Assembly (NCBI GenBank): GCA_965116885.1
Contig: OZ220741.1
Coordinates: forward strand, 3,328,001-3,392,000
Length of the DNA stretch: 64,000 nt
Direction: 5' to 3'
Origin: Candidatus Latescibacterota bacterium
GTDB taxonomy: Bacteria; Latescibacterota; UBA2968
The translations under genes and the position numbers were made by a program. Within the stretch, counting starts at the first letter, position 1; each line of letters begins with the position of its first letter. Below the pieces are notes generated by a model. It searched no databases. It had not been told where the DNA came from and worked only from the letters and a program-made list of their open reading frames with translations. Shown here one piece after another: positions 19,642 to 28,798 of this stretch.

Positions 19642-20964
19642 ATGTCAGATTTACTGCTTGAGTCTATTGAACCCTGGGCGCCGCATCCGGCCGCTGCGCC
19701 GTTGACAGAACGCAGTGGGGATACGCTGGCAATCGCCGCAAATGGGACGCGCACCTGTATTGGCGGATGGCAGATCGCGTATTCGGGGGTTGAGGCTGGC
19801 AAAATATATGAGATCGTTGCTCAGACGCAGTTTCAAGATGTGGATACGGCACGCGATGTGTTGCGCTGTGAGGCGTATTGGGGTCCCCTGGATCGGGACA
19901 GTGGGCGGCGTGGCGAAGTTCTGTGCTGGGATTATCTCCTTCCCGAATGGAATGGGGATACGGTGCAATTTTCACGGCGTCTCATTGCACCGAAAGATGC
20001 CGAACATTTGACCGTGCGCTATACGTTTCGCTGGTCGGTTGTGGGATCCTCCGAGTGGCAATTGCCCAGAGTGATCGCGACAGAAGTGGGAGAATCATAC
20101 AAACCCGTGAAAATTTGTGTGGCAACGGGACGGCGCGAAGACCGCAACCGACGGTTTGAGTCGATTCAGGACAATGTCGATCTTTATTTGCCTTTGTGCC
20201 GGGAGATATGTGAAAAAGAAAAACCCGATTTGATTGTGTTGCCCGAGATCGCATTGCAATACGGAGTTAAAGGAAGTCCACTGGAATTGGCAGTGCCCGT
20301 GCCGGGACCCGAGGCGGAGCCGTTTGCGGATGTTGCGCGCGATTATGGCGTATATGTGCTGTTGGGTGTGATTGAACGAGATGGTGATGCCGTTCACAAT
20401 ACAGCCGTGTTGTTCGCGCCCGATGGTGGCGTGGATGGCAAATATCGCAAGGTGCATCTGGCGGTGGGTGGCGAGATGGATTCGGGTATTTTGCCGGGTG
20501 ATGATTTTCCTGTATTTGATACGGAGATCGGACGGATTGGGTGCAATATTTGTATGGATTCTTCGGCGGCTGAGTCTTCGCGGATGATCGGGTTAAATGG
20601 CGCGGATTTTTTGTTGTTGCCCATTATGGGAGACCACCGTGCGTGGCATCCAGAAGATCATACGTGGGATCCCGAGCGCTTTCGCGGGATTATGCAGACG
20701 CGGGCACTGGACAATCAGTTGTGTATGGTGGTGGCGGTGAATCGCGCGGAGGGCAGTTGTATTATTGATCGCACCGGGCATGTGCTGGCATGGAATGATG
20801 GCAGTGAACCGTTTGTGACCGCTGAGGTGAATCTCGTAGATGGATTCAGGCCAAAGAGTCGCGGGTGCTTTCGCGGGATTAACTGGATGCAGCGACGACC
20901 ACATACCTATCGCGCTTTTGTCGATGAAAAGAATGCGGGGACCTTGAAGGCTGAGGCGTATTGA
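19642..20964 (+). CDS. carbon-nitrogen hydrolase (nitrilase superfamily) with ~150-aa N-terminal extension
   Basis: Glu-Lys-Cys triad: VLPE, YRKVHL, ICMD. Confidence 0.88.
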   Translation: MSDLLLESIEPWAPHPAAAPLTERSGDTLAIAANGTRTCIGGWQIAYSGVEAGKIYEIVAQTQFQDVDTARDVLRCEAYWGPLDRDSGRRGEVLCWDYLLPEWNGDTVQFSRRLIAPKDAEHLTVRYTFRWSVVGSSEWQLPRVIATEVGESYKPVKICVATGRREDRNRRFESIQDNVDLYLPLCREICEKEKPDLIVLPEIALQYGVKGSPLELAVPVPGPEAEPFADVARDYGVYVLLGVIERDGDAVHNTAVLFAPDGGVDGKYRKVHLAVGGEMDSGILPGDDFPVFDTEIGRIGCNICMDSSAAESSRMIGLNGADFLLLPIMGDHRAWHPEDHTWDPERFRGIMQTRALDNQLCMVVAVNRAEGSCIIDRTGHVLAWNDGSEPFVTAEVNLVDGFRPKSRGCFRGINWMQRRPHTYRAFVDEKNAGTLKAEAY

Positions 20965-20967
20965 GAA

Positions 20968-22515
20968 TTATATGCCGAGCGCGATTTGTTCGCATTCGGC
21001 ATATTTTTTGACCAGTTCGTCATACACTGCGGTGTTGGTGGGCTTGACGGCGGAGCCGGATATGGGTTCAGCGATGTCCTTGCTGATGTCTTCCCAGGTG
21101 GCGTTGAGGTGCGCGTGCGCTGCGCGGAGTGCCGCGCCGAGGGCTGCGCTGTTGGTGACTTCAAATTGGTGAACGGGGCAGTTTTGCACGTCGGCCATGA
21201 TTTGAAGAATTTCGGGATTGACCGAGGCACCGCCTGTGACGTAGATGGCTAAGGGACGCACGCCCATCCATTCTGAGTGAATGCGCATGGACATCATTTG
21301 CGCCTCGACAACCGCGCGGCAATTGCCAGCGGCGTCCTGTTCGTCGAGGTCAAAGCGGTGTACGCCGGGTTTGAGTACATTGGGCACGATTTCGGGTTCA
21401 AAATAGGGAAGCATGATTTTGCCATTATTGCCCGGGGGGGTGGATTGGAGTGCATGGGAAAAACCGTTCCAGTCCAGACCATGAGCTTTGCGAACGGCTT
21501 CGCGGGCGAGGGAGCCGTTTTTGAAACATATAAGGGTCATGTAGTCGCCAGTGGGCGAGACGAAGACGTGACCTTCGCCGCGCGGATCGGTCTGGCAATT
21601 TTTCATTGTGCCAAAGTAGGTGTCGCTGGTGCCGAGTGAGATGGCGACAAGGCCCTCTCGGATGAGACCGAGGCCGATGACGCTGTTGGGATTGTCACCT
21701 GACCAGACGAGCGCCTGTGCATTGGGATTGACGCCGTATTTATCGACAAAGTAGGGGTTTACAGTGCCGATAATCGCGCGGGATTCTGTGAGGGGGGGCA
21801 GACGATGGGATAGATCAGGGGCTGTGGCGTCGAGCGCAGAAGAATGCCAGGTTCGGGTCTGAATGTCCATCAAATTCATGCCCGCGCCATCGCCGTGATC
21901 GATGGAGGCAATTTTGCCCGCAATTAGAGAGGCCATGAAGGAAGAGACGAGCATGATGTGTGCGGTGTTGTTATAAGCATCGGGTTGTGTTTTGTAGAAT
22001 TTGCGTATCTGTGGTCCCGTGAAGCGCTCAAAGGTGGTGGATCCCGTGGCGCTGGCTGTGGCTTGGAGACCGCCGAGGGCGTCGCAGATTTCATCGCATT
22101 CGGCGCGGGTAGAGGAATCCATCCAGATGGGAGATGTGTCGCGAGAGAATATACCGCCGAGGTTTTCTACGAGGGATTTTGAGGGATTGAGATTGGATAA
22201 TATATCCGCATTTTTGAGATAGACAGAGCCGTGTTGCTGCCCCGAGCCAGAGATGGCCTGGATATTGCCGAGGGTTATGCCCTCGGTTTTCATTTTGTCA
22301 AAAAGCACATCGAGGGCTTCGGCCCACATGAGAGGTGGCGAGTGAACAATTTTGGGGTCGGGATGGTCGAGAACGCCATTTTGAGTGCCATAGTGCGGTA
22401 GCGTTTCGTCGTAGTTCAGTGAAACGTCGTACACGACTTTGCGGGTGCTCATGTCTATGATGATGGCACTCAAGCTCTGCGTGCTGGCGTCAAGCCCGAG
22501 ATACAGGTCGCTCAT
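20968..22515 (-). CDS. FGGY-family sugar kinase, eukaryote-type D-xylulose kinase-like
   Basis: YLGLDASTQS, SGSGQQHGSVY, WMDSST, ERFTGPQIRK, ISLGTSDT, FKNGSLARE, TGGAS. Confidence 0.85.
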   Translation of the reverse strand: MSDLYLGLDASTQSLSAIIIDMSTRKVVYDVSLNYDETLPHYGTQNGVLDHPDPKIVHSPPLMWAEALDVLFDKMKTEGITLGNIQAISGSGQQHGSVYLKNADILSNLNPSKSLVENLGGIFSRDTSPIWMDSSTRAECDEICDALGGLQATASATGSTTFERFTGPQIRKFYKTQPDAYNNTAHIMLVSSFMASLIAGKIASIDHGDGAGMNLMDIQTRTWHSSALDATAPDLSHRLPPLTESRAIIGTVNPYFVDKYGVNPNAQALVWSGDNPNSVIGLGLIREGLVAISLGTSDTYFGTMKNCQTDPRGEGHVFVSPTGDYMTLICFKNGSLAREAVRKAHGLDWNGFSHALQSTPPGNNGKIMLPYFEPEIVPNVLKPGVHRFDLDEQDAAGNCRAVVEAQMMSMRIHSEWMGVRPLAIYVTGGASVNPEILQIMADVQNCPVHQFEVTNSAALGAALRAAHAHLNATWEDISKDIAEPISGSAVKPTNTAVYDELVKKYAECEQIALGI

Positions 22516-22588
22516 GGATACTCCTCAGGATTTATAAATAACGCAAAAACCATCTTTTTGATATTGTTTCGAAAGGGTCATGATATCC

Positions 22589-23200
22589 TCACGCTACAGG
22601 TCGCCGCGATACTTGCAAAAATCGCACAGCGCGCTGTCCCAGCCGTTTTAACAGGTCCAGATCTTGCCGCGCTTTGGCCAGTATCAAAATGCCTTCGTAA
22701 TACGCCCACAATGCCAGAGCTGTTTCCCGCGTGTCCATGGGGGATAGATCACTGGCTTCTACTGCTTCGTCAAGTGTTCTTTGTAATCGACCGATTACAT
22801 CTTCAAAAATGCGGTCAATTTTATGGCGGACCAGCGGCTCGTGCGCGCTCATCTCCACGGCGAGGTTGCCAAACGGACATCCACAAAGCTGTTTGTGCTG
22901 CTCGTAAAATTGGCAATTTTGCTCATAGACCAGTTCAAAAAAACGCGAAATTCGCTCCAGAGGCGGTCGTTCTGATGAAAAAGCCCGCTCCCATGCGGTT
23001 TCTCGTGTAATCTCCCACCATCGATCTAATGAAGCGAGTACCAGGTCTTGCTTGGTCTCAAAAAAGTGGTAAAAACTCCCTTTTTTCACCGCGGCAGCTT
23101 TGCACAATTCCTGCACACCCACGTCGGTATAACTGCGCGTAAAAAACAAATCCATCGCAGCCTGTATCAACCGCTCTTTTGCATCGCTCGTGCGTCCCAT
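22589..23200 (-). CDS. TetR-family transcriptional regulator (NemR-like)
   Basis: N-terminal HTH KGSFYHFFETKQDL; GCPFGNL motif. Confidence 0.9.
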   Translation of the reverse strand: MGRTSDAKERLIQAAMDLFFTRSYTDVGVQELCKAAAVKKGSFYHFFETKQDLVLASLDRWWEITRETAWERAFSSERPPLERISRFFELVYEQNCQFYEQHKQLCGCPFGNLAVEMSAHEPLVRHKIDRIFEDVIGRLQRTLDEAVEASDLSPMDTRETALALWAYYEGILILAKARQDLDLLKRLGQRAVRFLQVSRRPVA

Positions 23201-23210
23201 GATATGCCTT

Positions 23211-23651
23211 TTACGATAGATTTGACAAGTCTGCTATGTCCTGAGGTCGCCCAGTCGCTTTTTTGTTTTGCTTTAAATTTTGTAAGTCAATAACATGGGC
23301 TATCATTTCATTAATTTCGATATCAACTCTGGTCTCATAACACGAATCAAATGTCACACCTTTCAAACCAGTGAAAAGATCAATGCGGTTGGGAGGCAGC
23401 CCCAGTTGGATCATATCTTCGGGGTCTTCAAAATCTTCGGCCTTCAAACCGAGCGATCCAAAGCTGAATTGCTTGAGTGTTTCGAGCAATTTCTCTATAT
23501 TCTCAACCGCGGGATCTATCCAAATATCCAGATCTTTGGTATAACGCGGATGACCGTGAAATGCGACGGCATATCCACCGACAATGAGATATCGAACGTT
23601 ATTTTCGTTTAACAACGCGATAAACTCTTTGAAATCCTGGGTCAGTGCCAT
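23211..23651 (-). CDS. nucleotidyltransferase (DUF6036-like)
   Basis: YLIVGGYAVAFHGHPRYTKDLD, RIDL, NKKATGRPQD. Confidence 0.8.
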   Translation of the reverse strand: MALTQDFKEFIALLNENNVRYLIVGGYAVAFHGHPRYTKDLDIWIDPAVENIEKLLETLKQFSFGSLGLKAEDFEDPEDMIQLGLPPNRIDLFTGLKGVTFDSCYETRVDIEINEMIAHVIDLQNLKQNKKATGRPQDIADLSNLS

Positions 23652-23799
23652 ATTTCCAACTGTTGTATTCTCGTCTTATCTCTTCTAAGGCCTCTATACG
23701 AGCCTGATAAGACTGGGTTTGCCAGAAGGCGAAATCGCTCTTTTGAGCGCCAACTTTACATTTCGTTACAACTTTTTGTATTTTTTTTGTCGTTTCCAT
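23599..23799 (-). CDS. small protein paired with the nucleotidyltransferase (putative antitoxin/partner)
   Basis: 66 aa, DFAFW...RIEALEEIR...FQRVYRVVK, overlaps the NTase start by 53 nt. Confidence 0.6.
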   Translation of the reverse strand: METTKKIQKVVTKCKVGAQKSDFAFWQTQSYQARIEALEEIRREYNSWKYGTDPGFQRVYRVVKRK

Positions 23800-23847
23800 A
23801 GGCTAAATATAGTCTATCTAAACCGACTTTTCAACAAGGAGCTTCAC

Positions 23848-24477
23848 ATGCGCGTCATCGCAATTGGCACGGAATACACGGGCAAAACCACGCTGGTTCA
23901 AGCTATTCAAAAATGGGGCATGGAGCGCGGTATTCGCCATCACATGGACGATCATTTTTCCGTTCCCGATCAGCAAACCCTTACAAATCCCGCAGATCAA
24001 AAGGCTATGAACGAGGTGCCATCGCCCATCAAAGAGCGTTTTCAGCGTTTTCAGATCGCCTATCACGTGCGTCTGGTACACAATTACCAGCACGTCTTGC
24101 TCACGGGTTTCCACATTGAGGAAATGGTGTACGGTCAACGCTATTACTATCCCGATCTTGCACGCCCGGTCGAAAATCCCCAGGCATGGGAAAAAGACAT
24201 GCCCAAAGATATTATTCTGGTGCATCTCACAGCCAGCCCCGAGGTCATCAAACAGCGTATGAAAGACGATCCACACGATTTTCCCATTGTGCCCGAATCG
24301 GATATCGAAGAGGTCCAGGAGGCATTTCACGAAGAATTTCGCAAATCATTTTTTAAACAAAAATTTCAGATCGATACATCAAACCTGAATGCAGATACAC
24401 TTCTCAAAGCCTTTCTCGACGAATCGTTTCCCTACCTCACCGCCGCTGATCACGCCATTCGGTTGGCGAGACCGTAG
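23848..24477 (+). CDS. P-loop nucleotide-kinase-like protein
   Basis: SD AAGGAG before ATG 23848; GTEYTGKTT P-loop; LVHLTASPEVIKQR. Confidence 0.7.
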   Translation: MRVIAIGTEYTGKTTLVQAIQKWGMERGIRHHMDDHFSVPDQQTLTNPADQKAMNEVPSPIKERFQRFQIAYHVRLVHNYQHVLLTGFHIEEMVYGQRYYYPDLARPVENPQAWEKDMPKDIILVHLTASPEVIKQRMKDDPHDFPIVPESDIEEVQEAFHEEFRKSFFKQKFQIDTSNLNADTLLKAFLDESFPYLTAADHAIRLARP

Positions 24478-24527
24478 TTAAAGATGAAGAGCAGGAGGCT
24501 GATTCCCACCTCCTGCCAGTCCCATCC

Positions 24528-24554
24528 CTTTGCGTCTTTGTGTCTTTGTGTGAG
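24528..24554 (+). repeat. short tandem octamer repeat CTTTG(C/T)GT x3, preceded by a GC hairpin at 24491-24516
   Basis: ctttgcgt-ctttgtgt-ctttgtgt-gag; gcaggagg...cctcctgc. Confidence 0.7.
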
Positions 24555-24584
24555 TAATTTACGCCACTCTCCGAGGTAATCATA

Positions 24585-25985
24585 TTGCCATTCCCACCTT
24601 CTAATACACGCCTCGCGTTCGACGATGGCACGCTCGTTCTTCTGGATCCGCCAGCGGACTATGAACCGCCATCTCCATTTGTATGGGATAGCCGCGTGGG
24701 ACGCTGGCGTGCTCAGGCGCATCGGTATCGCGATGTTGTCGAGGCATTACAGGCTCAGGATGTTGGCATAAAAAATGTGGTTCCACGCTATAATCGCCTC
24801 AAGCTCAATTTCACCAGTGAACACACCCCACATCCGCATCAGGCCGAAGCCTTTGATGCCTGGGGGTCAAATCAATATCGCGGCGTGGTTGTTCTGCCCA
24901 CGGGGTCGGGCAAGTCGCTTCTGGCGCTGATGGGTATTGCGGAAGTTGCCCGCAGTACGCTTGTTGTTGCGCCTACGATTGATCTTATGAATCAGTGGTA
25001 CGACTTGCTCAAAGACGCCTTTTCATGCGATATCGGCATTCTGGGCGGTGGCTATCACGAGCTTGAAGATCTCACTGTAACGACCTACGACAGTGCGTAT
25101 ATGCACATGGACCGCTACGGCAATCGCTTTGGTTTTCTCGTTTTTGACGAAGTCCATCACCTGCCCGGCGAATCCTATTCTCACGGTGCAGAACTTTCTA
25201 TTGCGCCCTATCGCCTGGGGCTTACAGCTACGCTCGAACGTCCCGATGGTCGCCATCTCATGCTGCGCGATCTCGTGGGTCCAACCGTTTATGAAAAGGG
25301 TATCCGCGACCTGTCTGGCGATTATCTCTCTGAGTATAATACAGAGCGTATAGAAGTCGATATGGTGGCCGAAGAGCGCGCCGAATACGAAGCCGCGCGT
25401 TCGCAATTCAGCGCTTTTCTGGAGTCCAAGAATTTGCGGTTGGGTAGTGCCTCTGGATGGCAAAATTTCGTGCGCCTTTCGGCGCGTTCCAGCGATGGCC
25501 GAAGGGCGATGCTCGCCTATCGCCGCTATCGAAAAGTCGCTCTGGGTACGACCGCTAAGTTGCGTGTGCTGGAAGATCTGCTGAAAAAACACCCGCGCGA
25601 CCGCATGCTCATTTTTACCAATGATAACGAAACTGTTTATAATATTTCAGAGCAATTTCTCATTCCCGCCATTACGCATCAGACCCGCACAAAGGAGCGC
25701 AGGGAAATTCTCAAAGCTTTTAATGAGGGGGATATTCTCGCACTTGTCACCTCTCGCGTGCTCAACGAAGGGGTCAATGTACCCGAGGCCAATGTCGCGG
25801 TTGTGCTTTCGGGGACGAGTACTATCCGCGAGCACGTCCAGCGATTGGGGCGCATTTTGCGCCGCCGCGAAGGCAAACACGCCATTCTCTACGAAGTGAT
25901 CTCTCGCAATACGGTTGAAGACCGAATTTCTCGCCGCCGCAGACAACACGACGCGTACGATGGGAAGCAACAACAAATGTTTTAG
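24585..25985 (+). CDS. XPB/Rad25-like SF2 DNA helicase
   Basis: LPTGSGKS, TTYDS, FDEVHH, LGLTAT, EGVNVP, QRLGRILR; TTG start with GAGG SD. Confidence 0.9.
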   Translation: MPFPPSNTRLAFDDGTLVLLDPPADYEPPSPFVWDSRVGRWRAQAHRYRDVVEALQAQDVGIKNVVPRYNRLKLNFTSEHTPHPHQAEAFDAWGSNQYRGVVVLPTGSGKSLLALMGIAEVARSTLVVAPTIDLMNQWYDLLKDAFSCDIGILGGGYHELEDLTVTTYDSAYMHMDRYGNRFGFLVFDEVHHLPGESYSHGAELSIAPYRLGLTATLERPDGRHLMLRDLVGPTVYEKGIRDLSGDYLSEYNTERIEVDMVAEERAEYEAARSQFSAFLESKNLRLGSASGWQNFVRLSARSSDGRRAMLAYRRYRKVALGTTAKLRVLEDLLKKHPRDRMLIFTNDNETVYNISEQFLIPAITHQTRTKERREILKAFNEGDILALVTSRVLNEGVNVPEANVAVVLSGTSTIREHVQRLGRILRRREGKHAILYEVISRNTVEDRISRRRRQHDAYDGKQQQMF

Positions 25986-25996
25986 AAGGAGACGCT

Positions 25997-26614
25997 GTGC
26001 ATATCGAAGATCTCTTTACCCCGGCCCAACGAGTGCTTATCGATCACCTTCACAGCCGCGACCAGGAGGAGCGCCAGGCTGGCTCTACCGATCCGCTACG
26101 CCTCAAGGCTGCCAGTCCAGAGGTGGCACAGTACCTGTGTCTTACCGCGGTTCACCAACGGGCGAGGACACTGGTCGAATTTGGCACGTCGCACGGCTAT
26201 TCCACTTTGCATCTGGCTGCGGCAGCCCAGCACACGGGAGGCCGCGTTTTTACCCTGGATCAGATGCCCGAGAAAACCGCGGCGGCTCAGGGAAATTTGC
26301 GAGCCGCTGGTCTGGATCATCTGGTGGAATGCCATACGAGTACCGGTGATGCCTTTATCACGGCTCTTCCCGATTGCGTGGATTTCGTTTTTGTTGATTT
26401 TGGTCTGCACGCTTTCGCGCAGATGTTCGATATACTGGAAAGCCGTCTGACACCAGGGGCTTTCCTTTTTGTCGATGGCTGGTCTGCGGTCGAACAATGG
26501 TACATGGATCCGGATTGGTCCGCTTTTAAGAGCCGCCTGGATGAGGATTCCAATTATCTGACGTGTATCCTGCCCCTGCAAAAGTCGCACCTTATCGCGA
26601 TTAAGCTGTCCTAA
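25997..26614 (+). CDS. class I SAM-dependent (O-)methyltransferase
   Basis: VEFGTSHGYST, DFVFVD; GTG start after AGGAG. Confidence 0.8.
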   Translation: MHIEDLFTPAQRVLIDHLHSRDQEERQAGSTDPLRLKAASPEVAQYLCLTAVHQRARTLVEFGTSHGYSTLHLAAAAQHTGGRVFTLDQMPEKTAAAQGNLRAAGLDHLVECHTSTGDAFITALPDCVDFVFVDFGLHAFAQMFDILESRLTPGAFLFVDGWSAVEQWYMDPDWSAFKSRLDEDSNYLTCILPLQKSHLIAIKLS

Positions 26615-26761
26615 AAAAAAGTCAAAAAGGTCTGGTTCCGAACGAGAGATATTTTGAAATGCGGTTGACAAAATGGCGTTGTTGCTACACTTTTTGTTTG
26701 TTAGGATAATTGAATCCGCATATGGCAACATCATAAACAAATTCAAATAGAAAGGCATACC

Positions 26762-27616
26762 ATGGATATGACGAAACAACCGCCTCGCCGACCTACCAAC
26801 ACCTCGATGCTCGGTATTGTCTCGCTTGCGCGTTTGACCGATAAAGCGCGGGCGCACCGGGCTAATACGATTGGCGAACACCTCTATGGCGAGAACTCGG
26901 GGTTGGACAAGGTAGTACTCGATTTTCTCGGCGTCTCGGACGATGAGTTTGCCGATGCAGCCCAGCGGATGAGCGACGCGGAATTGTGCGATTGGTTGCG
27001 CGAAAATTACCCCAAGACAGAAGATGAGATTCAGGCGTACAACAACGAGATGCTCACCTGGGAACCCTTTGATGATGCGAGCCGCCAGCGCTTAAAAGAT
27101 CGTCTTGAAAAATTCAATGCCGATCCCGATAAGGTGAAAACGATGCTCCAATCTATGGAACTCGACGACTGGGGGTGTTTCCGGGATACCGATCTGACCC
27201 AACATCCACCGCGTTCGCCGTATAACCGCGATGTCGCTGGTATTTATGGCGGATCGCGCATGGGCGATAAAGCACGCGCGGCAAAGGCGGGCAAGCTCAA
27301 CGATTATATCTACGATTGTCCCATTGATCAGGTCATTCTCGATTTTCTCAATATATCCGCCGAAGATTTCCAGGACGCGGCTTATCACAATGTCAACGAT
27401 ATCGAACTCGGCGATTGGGTGCTCGAACACACGGATCGCACCCAGGATGAAATTTCGGGTCTGAACGAGGCTCTCTCTCAGAAGGGTCCCGAGAATGACG
27501 AGCAACGCGCAATTTTCAATATAACGCTCAAGCGTGTGACACCTGGGCGTACCGACGTCACCACATGGTTTGACCTTCTCGATCTGGACGACGCACACGC
27601 CTACAACCTGGGATAA
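26762..27616 (+). CDS. tandem DUF5069-like domain protein
   Basis: Two similar halves: PPRRP...RLTDKARA...LDFL and PPRSP...RMGDKARA...LDFL. Confidence 0.7.
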   Translation: MDMTKQPPRRPTNTSMLGIVSLARLTDKARAHRANTIGEHLYGENSGLDKVVLDFLGVSDDEFADAAQRMSDAELCDWLRENYPKTEDEIQAYNNEMLTWEPFDDASRQRLKDRLEKFNADPDKVKTMLQSMELDDWGCFRDTDLTQHPPRSPYNRDVAGIYGGSRMGDKARAAKAGKLNDYIYDCPIDQVILDFLNISAEDFQDAAYHNVNDIELGDWVLEHTDRTQDEISGLNEALSQKGPENDEQRAIFNITLKRVTPGRTDVTTWFDLLDLDDAHAYNLG

Positions 27617-27625
27617 GAGAGGGAT

Positions 27626-27898
27626 ATGTCAGAACCTGTCGAACTTCCAATTGATGGCGAACTCGATCTGCACCACTTTCATCCGGATGATGTCAAAGCT
27701 CTCGTGCCCGATTATCTCGATGAATGCAAATTGCACGGCATTTCCGATGTGCGTATCATTCACGGCAAAGGCACGGGTGTTCTGCGCGAAATCGTCCACA
27801 CCATCTTAAAACGCCGACCCGATGTCATCGCATATCATCTCACCGATCACAACTGGGGTTCGACCTCTGTTGTTCTCAATTTGAAGACGCAATCGTGA
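27626..27898 (+). CDS. stand-alone Smr/MutS2-C domain protein
   Basis: ELDLH, VRIIHGKGTGVLR, NWGST. Confidence 0.9.
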   Translation: MSEPVELPIDGELDLHHFHPDDVKALVPDYLDECKLHGISDVRIIHGKGTGVLREIVHTILKRRPDVIAYHLTDHNWGSTSVVLNLKTQS

Positions 27899-28659
27899 CG
27901 CCCAATTTAGAACTCGTCGAATATATCCAAAATGCCGAGCGCATTCTTATCTTCACAGGGGCAGGTGTTTCCACCGCGAGTGGCATACCCGACTTTCGCG
28001 GGCCAGATGGTGTGTGGAAAACCCGACGGCCGGTTTATTACCGGGATTTTATGACTTCTGAAGAGGCGCGTATTGAGGCGTGGGATCAAAAACTCGAGGG
28101 CTGGGCTGCCTTTGAAAACGCCCGTCCCAATGCCGTTCACAAGGCTGTTGTGAAGCTCGAGCGCTCGGACAAAATCGAATGCGTTATCACGCAAAATATC
28201 GATGGCCTGCATACCCGGGCTGGTACCTCTTCCGAACGTTTGATTGAATTGCACGGTACCAATGCAGAAGTCGAATGTCAGACCTGCGGCAAACGCAGCG
28301 ATCCCGAACGCCATTACGCTGCCTTTCGCCGCACAAGAAAGCCTCCCGTGTGCGAATGCGGAGGTTATCTCAAATCTGCCACTATCAGCTTCGGTCAACT
28401 GCTCATTGAAGCGGACTTGCACCGGGCAGCAAAAGCTGCGGCGAATGCCGATCTGGCGATCTCCCTGGGTTCTACTCTATCCGTTTATCCCGCCGCAAGC
28501 TTTCCATTGATGGCAGCAGAACGCGGTGCGCCCTATGTGATTATTAATAAGGGCAAGACGGATCACGATAGTTATGCAGATCTCGCATTGCGCCTTGAAG
28601 GCGATGTAACACAAATTTTCCCATTGGCCGTAGAAGAGGCCCTTCAGCCTGTTCAGTAG
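27895..28659 (+). CDS. Sir2/CobB NAD-dependent protein deacylase
   Basis: TGAGVSTASGIPDFR, ITQNIDGLH, ELHG, CxxC...CxC Zn site, GSTLSVYPA; GTGA overlap with the Smr stop. Confidence 0.92.
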   Translation: MTPNLELVEYIQNAERILIFTGAGVSTASGIPDFRGPDGVWKTRRPVYYRDFMTSEEARIEAWDQKLEGWAAFENARPNAVHKAVVKLERSDKIECVITQNIDGLHTRAGTSSERLIELHGTNAEVECQTCGKRSDPERHYAAFRRTRKPPVCECGGYLKSATISFGQLLIEADLHRAAKAAANADLAISLGSTLSVYPAASFPLMAAERGAPYVIINKGKTDHDSYADLALRLEGDVTQIFPLAVEEALQPVQ

Positions 28660-28660
28660 C

Positions 28661-28784
28661 CCTGTCATTCTGAGCGTAATAGGTCTCAGACTACCTCTTG
28701 TTTAACCCTTAACTTGATGCATCTGGGCGACCACGAGGGATCGTCCCTACGATATCTTCGTGTTTCTTCGTGTCCTTAGTGGAT
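28661..28784. repeat. composite of short intergenic repeat fragments including a GTAG-type REP
   Basis: tgtcattctgagcg; ttaacccttaacttgatg; minus-strand GTAGGGACGATCCCTCGTGGTCGCCC (28725-28750); cttcgtgtttcttcgtgtccttagtgg. Confidence 0.55.
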
Positions 28785-28798
28785 TTCGCCTCTTTTTT

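Noticed and set aside
27724..27894. Longest-ORF N-terminal extensions (sirtuin 27724, also 23719, 28760, 33016, 38659, 54510)
   Set aside because: They overlap upstream genes or repeats; downstream starts have SD sequences or stop/start coupling and match family N-termini
27895..28659. Sir2 gene as a defence NADase (ThsA/DSR-type)
   Set aside because: It has the Zn-binding Cys motifs and size of a classical CobB-type deacylase and no fused defence domains
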